The position numbers and the translations under genes were made by a program. From positions 1 to 25,553 of IMG/VR virus record IMGVR_UViG_3300022929_004836: a stretch of DNA of 25,553 nucleotides; one strand, written 5' to 3'. The notes beneath the pieces are model-generated. The model ran no database searches, had not been told where the DNA came from, and saw only the letters and a program-made list of their open reading frames with translations. Shown here in pieces: positions 16,575-24,244 of this stretch. This DNA comes from a virus (Duplodnaviria; Caudoviricetes). Each line of letters starts with the position of its first letter. The first letter of the stretch is position 1.

Positions 16575-16860
16575 GTAGACGCGTAGCATTTCTGCCTTGT
16601 TACGTTAAAAAGGTAGGCAGGTCCGCAATCTTATGTGTCCGGCTCTACTGTGGAGACTTGTAACCGGAGGAACCAGCGGTGTTGAACTTAGCTGGGCGAG
16701 TAGTATAGGTGATGTCATATGGGTGGAAACTACCACGCACCCAAAAAAGGCTAACCGGGGAGTATTCTCAGGAAAAAGTAAAAAGATTGCCGATGTTTTG
16801 GAATAAACCGCCAAAAACGGGAAAAGTCTCCGTTTCACTTCGACTTTCTAGGAAAAAGTT
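16575..16860 (+). ncRNA. Candidate structured non-coding RNA of unknown class
   Basis: GC-enriched intergenic island with at least six local hairpins and two crossing 8-bp long-range complementarities; no convincing ORF. Strand is inferred from the promoter and G-U pairs. Confidence 0.55.
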
Positions 16861-16927
16861 TATTATTATTAAAATAAATATAATTAAGTTTAATAAAGTT
16901 TAATTAATAAGATGGAATTTAAGTTTA
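16856..16927. repeat. AT-rich tract with tandem imperfect 10-mers
   Basis: TAATTAAGTT TAATAAAGTT TAATTAATAA at 16881-16910; AAGTTTA at 16856, 16886, 16896 and 16921. Confidence 0.5.
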
Positions 16928-17505
16928 AAAATGTAGGTATATCCGGAGTAGCAGGTTCAGGTAAGAATACTTTAGCTGAACTTATTGGGATTTTTTTAAC
17001 CAGAATGGGTTTACCTGTGGAAGAAAGGGCTTTAGCCCATAATTTAAAATCAGAAGTAAGGTCTACATGTAAAGAACTGTATTCTATTGATCCTTTAACT
17101 TGCTCGAGAGATGATAAAGATTTAATAAGGCCAATATTGGTTGCTCATGGAGAGATAAAAAGAAAATCTTCATTAGGAAAACATTGGACAGGTTTGTTAG
17201 GAAAAGATTTAGACCGTAATAAAGTAAATATTATTACAGATATTAGGTACAATGAATATCCACAAGACGAGTGTTATTGGTTGAAAAATCAAATAAATGG
17301 TATTTTAATTCACGTTTCTCGGTACCAAGAGGTGGGCGAAGAAAGAGTTTTTGTAAAACCTGCGAACATTCATGAGCTGCAAAATGATGATAAGGTAAAA
17401 AAAGAATCTGATTACATACTTAACTGGAAAACAGAAACAGACCGAAACAGGCTTGTAATTAATTCACAAAACCTGTTTAAATGGCTTAAAAAGGTTTATA
17501 AATAA
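16912..17505 (+). CDS. Deoxynucleoside monophosphate kinase-like P-loop protein
   Basis: VGISGVAGSGKNT Walker A, ALAHNLK, RPILVAHG, IITDIRY..E motifs. Confidence 0.8.
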   Translation: MEFKFKNVGISGVAGSGKNTLAELIGIFLTRMGLPVEERALAHNLKSEVRSTCKELYSIDPLTCSRDDKDLIRPILVAHGEIKRKSSLGKHWTGLLGKDLDRNKVNIITDIRYNEYPQDECYWLKNQINGILIHVSRYQEVGEERVFVKPANIHELQNDDKVKKESDYILNWKTETDRNRLVINSQNLFKWLKKVYK

Positions 17506-17545
17506 ATTTTTTTTAAAAAAAATAGAAGACTTTAGTAAAATTTCA

Positions 17546-17596
17546 TATAATATTCATGCAGACACTTATAGTGTATTACTTTAAGTGTTTAAGGAG
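17546..17596 (+). promoter_or_regulatory. Sigma-gene leader: TATAAT, ACACT-TAT-AGTGT palindrome with AGTGTA, and SD AAGGAG
   Basis: TATAAT 17546-51; inverted repeat 17562-74; AAGGAG 17591-96. Confidence 0.5.
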
Positions 17597-17605
17597 TGTG
17601 GATTT

Positions 17606-18205
17606 ATGGAAAAAGGAACAAGGGAAAATTTAACGGATAACTGTCTAGTTGAAAGGATAAAGAGTCAATCTTGTGAGGATAGCTTAATAGAATTATCTGA
17701 GAGGCATGCGGGTTTGTGTTTTAAGATAATGAAGAGATACTCTAAGAGTTTTTCTATTAATGATATCAGTTTAAATGAAAAGCATGCTGAAAAAAATTTA
17801 ATTATTTGGCGCTCTGCTAAAAGTTTTAATACTGAAAAAAAAGTAAAGTTCTCTACTTGGCTAGCTAATCAAATTAAATACAACTGCCTCAACGAGTTAA
17901 ATAAAAAATCAAAAGACAGGCTAGTTACTCTTGAAGAGTATATGCTGGATGTCCTAGATGAACGCCAAGAGGAAAAAGATACAAGAATCTTCGAATATAC
18001 TGAAAATATACTTTCTCAATTAAAAGACTCCAGAATCGAAAAGATTTTTTCACTTCGTTACTCGAAAGAAGAAAAAAAACCATCTTGGGCGTCAATTGCT
18101 TCGCAAATGAAAATCAGCACACAAACTGCTATAAACCTTCACAACAAAGGACTGTCTATGTTGAGAAAAAAAATGGACAGTAAAAAATTCCTTGATAATA
18201 TTTAA
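17606..18205 (+). CDS. Phage-encoded sigma70-family RNA polymerase sigma factor
   Basis: Region 2 IWRSAKSFNTEKKVKFSTWLANQIKY and region 4 HTH SWASIASQMKISTQTAINLHNKGLSMLRKKM. Start moved to ATG 17606, 9 nt after AAGGAG. Confidence 0.85.
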   Translation: MEKGTRENLTDNCLVERIKSQSCEDSLIELSERHAGLCFKIMKRYSKSFSINDISLNEKHAEKNLIIWRSAKSFNTEKKVKFSTWLANQIKYNCLNELNKKSKDRLVTLEEYMLDVLDERQEEKDTRIFEYTENILSQLKDSRIEKIFSLRYSKEEKKPSWASIASQMKISTQTAINLHNKGLSMLRKKMDSKKFLDNI

Positions 18206-18213
18206 AAAAATAA

Positions 18214-18242
18214 TTGACATTTACGCAAAGTACTAGCAATAT
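18214..18242 (+). promoter_or_regulatory. Putative sigma70 promoter TTGACA-N17-CAATAT
   Basis: Perfect -35; the ORF-track TTG start at 18214 is the start of this hexamer. Confidence 0.5.
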
Positions 18243-18252
18243 TAAATCTCTT

Positions 18253-18552
18253 ATGTCTAACGAAGAAAAGAAAAACGACTGGCAAGAGCGCGAACTAGGT
18301 GCTCTATGGGCAAAGAAAAGCAATAGTGGTTCTCAATACATGACGGGGCACATCACAATGAAAGGTACCTCTGAGAAAGTTCCACTTGTTGTTTTTAGAA
18401 ACAAAAATAAGTATAATGAGGATGGTTCAGTTAAAAATGAAAATGCTCCAGATCTTCGTGTTTATTTGAGCGAAATGAAAGAGCAGGGATCGGGTAATCG
18501 TAGTGCAGCTCCAGCTGCAAAAAAACAACAAAACGATGAAGCATTGTTCTGA
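18253..18552 (+). CDS. DUF736-like small protein, possible ssDNA-binding protein
   Basis: ELGALWAKKSNSGSQYMTGHI...VVFRNKNK...NAPDLRVYLS, flexible linker, acidic/aromatic tail NDEALF. Start moved to ATG 18253. Confidence 0.65.
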   Translation: MSNEEKKNDWQERELGALWAKKSNSGSQYMTGHITMKGTSEKVPLVVFRNKNKYNEDGSVKNENAPDLRVYLSEMKEQGSGNRSAAPAAKKQQNDEALF

Positions 18553-19643
18553 TGTCCGATATAGCCTTACATCTACCAATTAATGGTGTAAGCTTTGGTC
18601 AGGTTAGCACTGCCCTTCTGCGTGAATATTACGAGAGGGGCGTGCAGCCTTTTATTTTCTCACATGGTAAAATTGACTTAAGCTCACAAGAACCAAACGA
18701 AGACTTTCAAAAATGGATTAGTTCATCAATTAAAAAGTCTTTTGAGGAGTATGATAGGAATATTCCTATTTTTAGATTATGGCATCTAAATCAGGATAGT
18801 CTGTCTTCTTATGGAAGAGATCAAACTCTTTTCAGTTTTTATGAGTTAGATCATCCAACTACTTATGAAGTTAATGTTGCCAAGAATCAGAAAAATTTAA
18901 TTTTTAGTAGCAATCACGCTAAAAACATATTTGAATCAGTAGGCGTTCAGAACTGTCATTATGTACCTCTAGGGTTTGATAAGAATAACTTTAAAGTAAA
19001 AGATCAACAATACCTAGAAGGTAAAATTGTATTTAACCTAACTGGAAAACTAGAGAAAAGAAAGCATCATAAAGAAGTTATCCAAGCTTGGGTTAAAAAA
19101 TACGGGAATAATAAAGATTATGTTTTGCAATGTGCTATAACTAATCCATTTCTTAAAGAGCAGGATTTTAAAAATCAGTTATCTCAAATACTGGAAGGGA
19201 AAACTTATTATAATGTAAATTTTCTTGGCCAAATGCAAAAAAATATCCTATACAATGATTTTTTAAACTCTTCGAATATTGTTATAGGTATGTCGGGTGG
19301 AGAAGGTTGGGGGCTACCTGAATTTCAGTCAGTAGCTCTAGGCAAGCACGGAGTTATTTTGAATAGTTCTGGTTACCAAGACTGGGCTAATGAAAAAAAT
19401 ACCGTCATGGTACAGCCCAATGGTAAAGAAGACTCTAGTGACGGAGTGTTTTTCCGTAAAGGCGGTGCGTTTAATCAGGGTAATATTTTTACTTTCAATG
19501 AGGAGGAGTTCATTGCTGGTTGTGAAGAAGCCGTAGAAAGATACAAATCTTCACCAATTAATGAAGAGGGCCTAAAACTTCAAGATGAATACACCTATAA
19601 GAAAATGGTAGATTCAATTGATCAGATATTAACAGAAGGATAA
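18552..19643 (+). CDS. GT-B (GT4-like) glycosyltransferase
   Basis: YVPLGFD, GKLEKRKHH, SGGEGWGLPEFQSVALGK. Confidence 0.88.
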   Translation: MSDIALHLPINGVSFGQVSTALLREYYERGVQPFIFSHGKIDLSSQEPNEDFQKWISSSIKKSFEEYDRNIPIFRLWHLNQDSLSSYGRDQTLFSFYELDHPTTYEVNVAKNQKNLIFSSNHAKNIFESVGVQNCHYVPLGFDKNNFKVKDQQYLEGKIVFNLTGKLEKRKHHKEVIQAWVKKYGNNKDYVLQCAITNPFLKEQDFKNQLSQILEGKTYYNVNFLGQMQKNILYNDFLNSSNIVIGMSGGEGWGLPEFQSVALGKHGVILNSSGYQDWANEKNTVMVQPNGKEDSSDGVFFRKGGAFNQGNIFTFNEEEFIAGCEEAVERYKSSPINEEGLKLQDEYTYKKMVDSIDQILTEG

Positions 19644-19647
19644 ATCA

Positions 19648-20013
19648 ATGCCTGAGTATATTTACGAACACCCCGAGACGAAAGAACAAATAACAGTTTT
19701 TCAAACTATTCATGAGTCACACGAGTATTCAGTAGATGGAGTTCAGTACGACAGAGTATATACTGTTCCAAACGCTTCAATTGATACTAGAATAGACCCT
19801 TTCTCTCAAAAAGAGTTTAGGGAGAAAGCTAAAGCTTCAACAGTTGGTGATTTATGGGACCAGTCTGGAGAAGCATCGGAAAGAAGAAAAGAAAAAGCTG
19901 GACATGATCCAGTAAAAGAAAAGTTGTTCAGTGATTATCGTAAAAAAAATAAAGGTGCTAAACATCCTCAAGATAGGTCTAAAGTCAATAACTCAAACTT
20001 CACCATTGAATGA
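19648..20013 (+). CDS. FmdB-like phage protein lacking the zinc-ribbon cysteines
   Basis: MPEYIYEHPET...FQTIHE...RVYTVPNASID...TVGDLWDQS. Confidence 0.6.
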   Translation: MPEYIYEHPETKEQITVFQTIHESHEYSVDGVQYDRVYTVPNASIDTRIDPFSQKEFREKAKASTVGDLWDQSGEASERRKEKAGHDPVKEKLFSDYRKKNKGAKHPQDRSKVNNSNFTIE

Positions 20014-20891
20014 TAAAATACGCCGTTATAGACGATTCAGCCATTAGTTTAGGTGGTACTTCACTCACCTTAGACGCTATTACTGAGCCTTTTAAGCATG
20101 AATGCGAGTTCATAAAAACATCAGATCTAACAAAAACCCATTTAGATTTTAAACGGCCAAAAGTTTGGGTTATCGGGAATACTATGGGTCTCACTAAAGA
20201 GTCTTACGAGACTCTAATGCAAATAATTCAGACTCAAACTACTGTTAAAATAGATTTTGATTATGGATTTTGTAGGTTCAGAGGTCCGACACCACACAGG
20301 ACTTTAGGTAATAAAGAATGTGATTGCTTGATTAATCCTGAGACAGCTACTCTTAGGAATATTTACAGTTATATAAAAAAATATACCTCTAAAATTTTCT
20401 ACATGTCGGAAGGCCAAAGAAAAATACATGAGGTGTCTTTGGATATACCTGCCGAAAAAACTAAAGTGCTATCTTCCTGTTTTACTAAAGATTCTTTTGC
20501 GAAAATGAAAGAATATCGAAGTAATCAGAAATCAGATAAGTATGCTATTATTGACGGGCATCCGGGGTGGCACAAACAGGCAAAAGGGGTAAGTAAGTCA
20601 GTAAATTATGCTATTACCAAAAATTTACCTTATGAGGTATTTTCAACTGAGACTCATGATGAGATGCTTCAAAAATTAAGTGGCTATAAAGGTTTAATTT
20701 TTTTACCAATTATAGAAGACACATGTCCTAGGATTACAATTGAAGCAAAACTGATGGGTCTTGAAGTTATAACTAATGAAAACTCCCAGCACACGTTGGA
20801 GGACTGGTGGAATAAACCATTAGATGAAATCGAAAACTATTTAAAAGAAAGGCCCGAGATATTACATCAGGAACTTATAAATTTGAGTTAA
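20010..20891 (+). CDS. GT-B glycosyltransferase-like protein
   Basis: GGTSLT N-terminal loop; GLIFLPIIEDTCPRITIEAKLMGLEVI (Ex7E-type motif). Confidence 0.8.
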   Translation: MIKYAVIDDSAISLGGTSLTLDAITEPFKHECEFIKTSDLTKTHLDFKRPKVWVIGNTMGLTKESYETLMQIIQTQTTVKIDFDYGFCRFRGPTPHRTLGNKECDCLINPETATLRNIYSYIKKYTSKIFYMSEGQRKIHEVSLDIPAEKTKVLSSCFTKDSFAKMKEYRSNQKSDKYAIIDGHPGWHKQAKGVSKSVNYAITKNLPYEVFSTETHDEMLQKLSGYKGLIFLPIIEDTCPRITIEAKLMGLEVITNENSQHTLEDWWNKPLDEIENYLKERPEILHQELINLS

Positions 20892-21628
20892 TAGCTAGAA
20901 TTCACGGTGATTGCCTGTATAATCTAAAAAGGTTAGTTTCTAGCGTATTAGTTCAAAGCTACCAGAACTTTAGAATTCATCTAGCTATTGATAAAACCTC
21001 ACCTGAGGTTATTTCTTTATGCAAACAGATAGAGTCTGACCCTCAATGTGTTATGCCTTTTCAGGTATCATGTCCTGACGGAACGATAAAAGTTTGGGAG
21101 AATGAAGGCGATAGATTGTATTCAGTTGCTAACACCATGCGTGTTCTAGACTCTCTAGATTTTGATGAGCGTGTTATTGGGGTAATAGATGCAGATGATC
21201 AGCTATGTGAAAGAAAAGCTCTACAATGGATAAATAGAGCGTATTGTAGCGGAAATGTAGGAGCAGTTTGGACAGGTAATATCTGGGAACCTTATGGAAT
21301 GAACTTATGTTCAGAATATCTAGATGATTCTCAAGATGTCTACAAACACCCTTGGGTCAGTAGTCATTTCAGGACTTTTCTTCTTTCTAATTATAAACAA
21401 GTAAACCCTGAAAATTTTAAAGATGAGAACGGAGACTGGATGAAACGGTGCGAAGATCAAACCTTTATGCTCCCTATCATTAATGTAGCTCATAAGAATA
21501 AACAGATAACTCATTTTTTAGAGAACCCCTGTTATCTTTATAGAGGTTACCAAGAAATAGGAGGCGAAGCTCATCAATATCAATTAAATTTAGCAAAGTT
21601 TATACGAAAGAGAGGGTTTGTAGAATGA
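20861..21628 (+). CDS. GT2 (GT-A) glycosyltransferase; true 5' end lies upstream of ATG 21053, start uncertain
   Basis: The frame is open from 20828 and encodes FELIARIHG...LKRLVSSVLVQSYQNFRIHLAID (GT2 N-terminus) before M21053, then IDADD (DxD), SHFRTF and EDQ. No in-frame ATG/GTG/TTG upstream; 20861 is an ATT. Confidence 0.75.
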   Translation: MTSGTYKFELIARIHGDCLYNLKRLVSSVLVQSYQNFRIHLAIDKTSPEVISLCKQIESDPQCVMPFQVSCPDGTIKVWENEGDRLYSVANTMRVLDSLDFDERVIGVIDADDQLCERKALQWINRAYCSGNVGAVWTGNIWEPYGMNLCSEYLDDSQDVYKHPWVSSHFRTFLLSNYKQVNPENFKDENGDWMKRCEDQTFMLPIINVAHKNKQITHFLENPCYLYRGYQEIGGEAHQYQLNLAKFIRKRGFVE

Positions 21629-22575
21629 GATTTTTTATTAATAACTGCAATCCTACTGGAGGCCCCGGTATATTTGGCGGTAGATTAAAAAAACAACTTG
21701 AAAAAAATGGTCATAAATTTGTAGACCCTTATGTATCTGGTGAAATACCTGATAAAAACATATCAATTATCCAAGGTGATAAAATAGAAGGATGTCCTTT
21801 AAATATACTCAGGTTGGATGGTCTTTACTTTGATTCTGAAAGCTCAAATAATGATCAGATGAACTCTGGTATATTTAAAAGTTTCGATCAGGCTGATCAT
21901 ATTGTTTACCAATCCCAATTTTCCAAAGACATGTATCACTCTTTTTACGGAAGGAAGGATCCTAGTCAAGAAAGCATTATCCACAACGGACTGGATCAAG
22001 AAGAATTTTTATCTAATGTAAAACCTGTAAAATTATCTGACCCTGTATTTTCTAAGTATGGTAAGATATGTGTCGCATCAGCATCTTGGAGAAGGCACAA
22101 AAGGCTTGAAGAAACAATTGAAGCCTTTAAAGATCCTAAGTTAAAAAATGTTTTACTTATAGCATTAGGAGGGATGCCTTACATCAAAGATAAAAACTCT
22201 ATTCCAGATAACGTATTACTTACGCCCTTACTTAAACCTGAACAAACTGCTTCAATTTATTGTATGGCAGACGCTATGATTCATTTAGCGTGGCTTGATT
22301 GGTGCCCCAATACTGTTGTTGAAGGTCTTTCTTGTGGTGCGCCGGTTTTGTGTTCTCATAATGGAGGAACCAAAGAGCTTGTAAAAGATAATGGGGTTGT
22401 TGTACAATTGGAAGAAGATTATGAGATAGGCTCAAAGGTTCCTTTGTATAACCCGCCAAAAGTAGATACCAGTATAATTGTTGATGGTATTTTAGAAGTA
22501 TTAGAAAAACCTACTATTTTTGATAGATTAGATTTAGATATAAAGAATACTGCAGAATATTATGAAAGAATATAA
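21625..22575 (+). CDS. GT-B (GT4-like) glycosyltransferase
   Basis: GGPGIF, VYQSQFS, IIHNG, WRRHKRL, DWCPNTVVEGLSCGAPVLCSHNGGTKELV. Confidence 0.9.
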   Translation: MRFFINNCNPTGGPGIFGGRLKKQLEKNGHKFVDPYVSGEIPDKNISIIQGDKIEGCPLNILRLDGLYFDSESSNNDQMNSGIFKSFDQADHIVYQSQFSKDMYHSFYGRKDPSQESIIHNGLDQEEFLSNVKPVKLSDPVFSKYGKICVASASWRRHKRLEETIEAFKDPKLKNVLLIALGGMPYIKDKNSIPDNVLLTPLLKPEQTASIYCMADAMIHLAWLDWCPNTVVEGLSCGAPVLCSHNGGTKELVKDNGVVVQLEEDYEIGSKVPLYNPPKVDTSIIVDGILEVLEKPTIFDRLDLDIKNTAEYYERI

Positions 22576-23203
22576 TCAAGAAATTTATAATAATACCGAC
22601 ATTCCCTTGGAGTATGGTAAAATATTTAATGATATAAATTTTGAAACTCAAAAAAATAAAGGGGTAAGCGATAGAGAAATTTCTCTTATATCTAAAAGGG
22701 GGTATTTTTTAACTAGGCTTGCCGCTAACCATAACGTTTCTAATATTATAGAAGTCGGGACTGCTGCAGGTTGGCAATTTTATTCTTTTTGTCATTATAT
22801 AAATACTGAGCTGTTCGGCAAAGGTAATATATGGAGTTGTGATGTCAGAGACTACAGAGATTCAAACTATATTAATAAATACCCAGAAATATCAAATTTT
22901 GTAGAGGGCGATTCACGTAAAATGTCAAAATTAATACCTGATAATTTTAAATGTGATTTATTTTTTATAGATGGTAATCATGATAGAGGCGCTGTCGCTG
23001 AAGATATAAATAACTTAAAAAAATTTCAGTCGGAAAATCCAATTTGGGTTTTTGATGATTATGATCAGAGATTTGGTATTTACGAAGAAATAAAAAACAT
23101 AGAAAGTAAAGCCAAGGTTAGTTCTGTAATAAGCCCTAACTCAATTAATCAATCTATAGAAGAAAAACCTAATCATATGTTAATTACATGGGGGGTAATT
23201 TAA
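22562..23203 (+). CDS. Class I SAM-dependent methyltransferase (Methyltransf_24-like)
   Basis: IIEVGTAAG, FVEGDS, DLFFIDGNH, VFDDY. Confidence 0.85.
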   Translation: MKEYNQEIYNNTDIPLEYGKIFNDINFETQKNKGVSDREISLISKRGYFLTRLAANHNVSNIIEVGTAAGWQFYSFCHYINTELFGKGNIWSCDVRDYRDSNYINKYPEISNFVEGDSRKMSKLIPDNFKCDLFFIDGNHDRGAVAEDINNLKKFQSENPIWVFDDYDQRFGIYEEIKNIESKAKVSSVISPNSINQSIEEKPNHMLITWGVI

Positions 23204-23206
23204 AAA

Positions 23207-24244
23207 ATGAATAATACAGATATTAATAAAACTTACGAAGGAAGGACAGTCTTAGTCACTGGAGGAGCTGGGGCAATTGGTAGCAATCTAGTAAAAAAAC
23301 TATCTAACTTAAAAGCTAAGACCGTGATAGTTCTAGACAACATGGTCGCTGGTCATCAATGGGCTCTACCCCAAAACAAAAATGTCTTGTTGGTAAAAGG
23401 TGATATAAATGATGACATAATGCTCAAAAGAGTTTTTGCTGAGTCGCCTAGTATAGTCTTTCATTTAGCAGCATTCTTTGCGAATCAAAACTCGGTTGAC
23501 TACCCTGAAAAAGATTTAACCACTAATGGCATGGGGACTTTGAAACTGTTAGAGTATTCAAATTTGACTAAAGTTGACAGGTTTGTTTATGGATCTTCAG
23601 GTTGTTCTATTTACGGGAAAGAGGCTCCACTTCCATTGACTGAGGAATTCATGTCTTTAAATCTTTCAAGTCCGTACCAAATAACTAAAATGCTAGGAGA
23701 GGTTTATTGTAACTTCTACAAAGCTCACTACGGTTTAAAAACGGTAAAAGCGAGATTTTTCAATTCTTATGGTCCGGGTGAGGTCCCGGGGCAGTATAGA
23801 AATGTTATTCCTAACTTTATTTATTGGGCTTTGAAGGGGCTACCTTTACCCATAACCGGAGACGGAAATCAAACTAGAGATTTTACCTACGTAGGAGATC
23901 TAATTAACGGATTGCTGGCCGCAGGTTTAGAAGATCAAGCTATAGGTGAAGAGTTTAATTTAGCAGCCGGAAGAGAAATTAAAATAGGCGAGCTAGCAAC
24001 AATGATTAACGAAAGAACTGGTAATAAAGCAGGTATAAAAACTATACCCAAAAGAGTCTGGGATACTAAAACTAGATTATTAGCGTCGGTAGAAAAAGCT
24101 AAAAATTTAATTGGTTACGAACCTAAAACGTCTTTTGAAGACGGCTTAGATGAAGCTGTTAAATGGTTTAAGGAAAACTGGAATGAAATAGACAATAGTC
24201 ATTCATTTCTTCCCGGCGCAAGTTCCGCTCATAGAGAATCATGA
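23207..24244 (+). CDS. NAD-dependent NDP-sugar epimerase/dehydratase (extended SDR)
   Basis: VLVTGGAGAIGS, FHLAA, YQITK (YxxxK), RFFNSYGP, GDGNQTRDFTYV. Confidence 0.93.
   Translation: MNNTDINKTYEGRTVLVTGGAGAIGSNLVKKLSNLKAKTVIVLDNMVAGHQWALPQNKNVLLVKGDINDDIMLKRVFAESPSIVFHLAAFFANQNSVDYPEKDLTTNGMGTLKLLEYSNLTKVDRFVYGSSGCSIYGKEAPLPLTEEFMSLNLSSPYQITKMLGEVYCNFYKAHYGLKTVKARFFNSYGPGEVPGQYRNVIPNFIYWALKGLPLPITGDGNQTRDFTYVGDLINGLLAAGLEDQAIGEEFNLAAGREIKIGELATMINERTGNKAGIKTIPKRVWDTKTRLLASVEKAKNLIGYEPKTSFEDGLDEAVKWFKENWNEIDNSHSFLPGASSAHRES

Noticed and set aside
16575-16860. Identification as RNase P RNA, tmRNA, tRNA or cobalamin riboswitch
   Set aside because: GGAAAAGTCTCC only loosely recalls the RNase P GAGGAAAGUCC and sits at the wrong end. 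No tRNA-like termini, T-loop or B12 box could be found by eye.
16605-16903. ORFs 16605-16838 (-) and 16709-16903 (+)
   Set aside because: Atypical composition, weak starts and no motifs. Extensive base pairing explains the region better, though a short peptide cannot be excluded.
20000-22459. Minus-strand ORFs 20000-20194, 21320-21514 and 22274-22459
   Set aside because: Antisense to clear glycosyltransferase genes.
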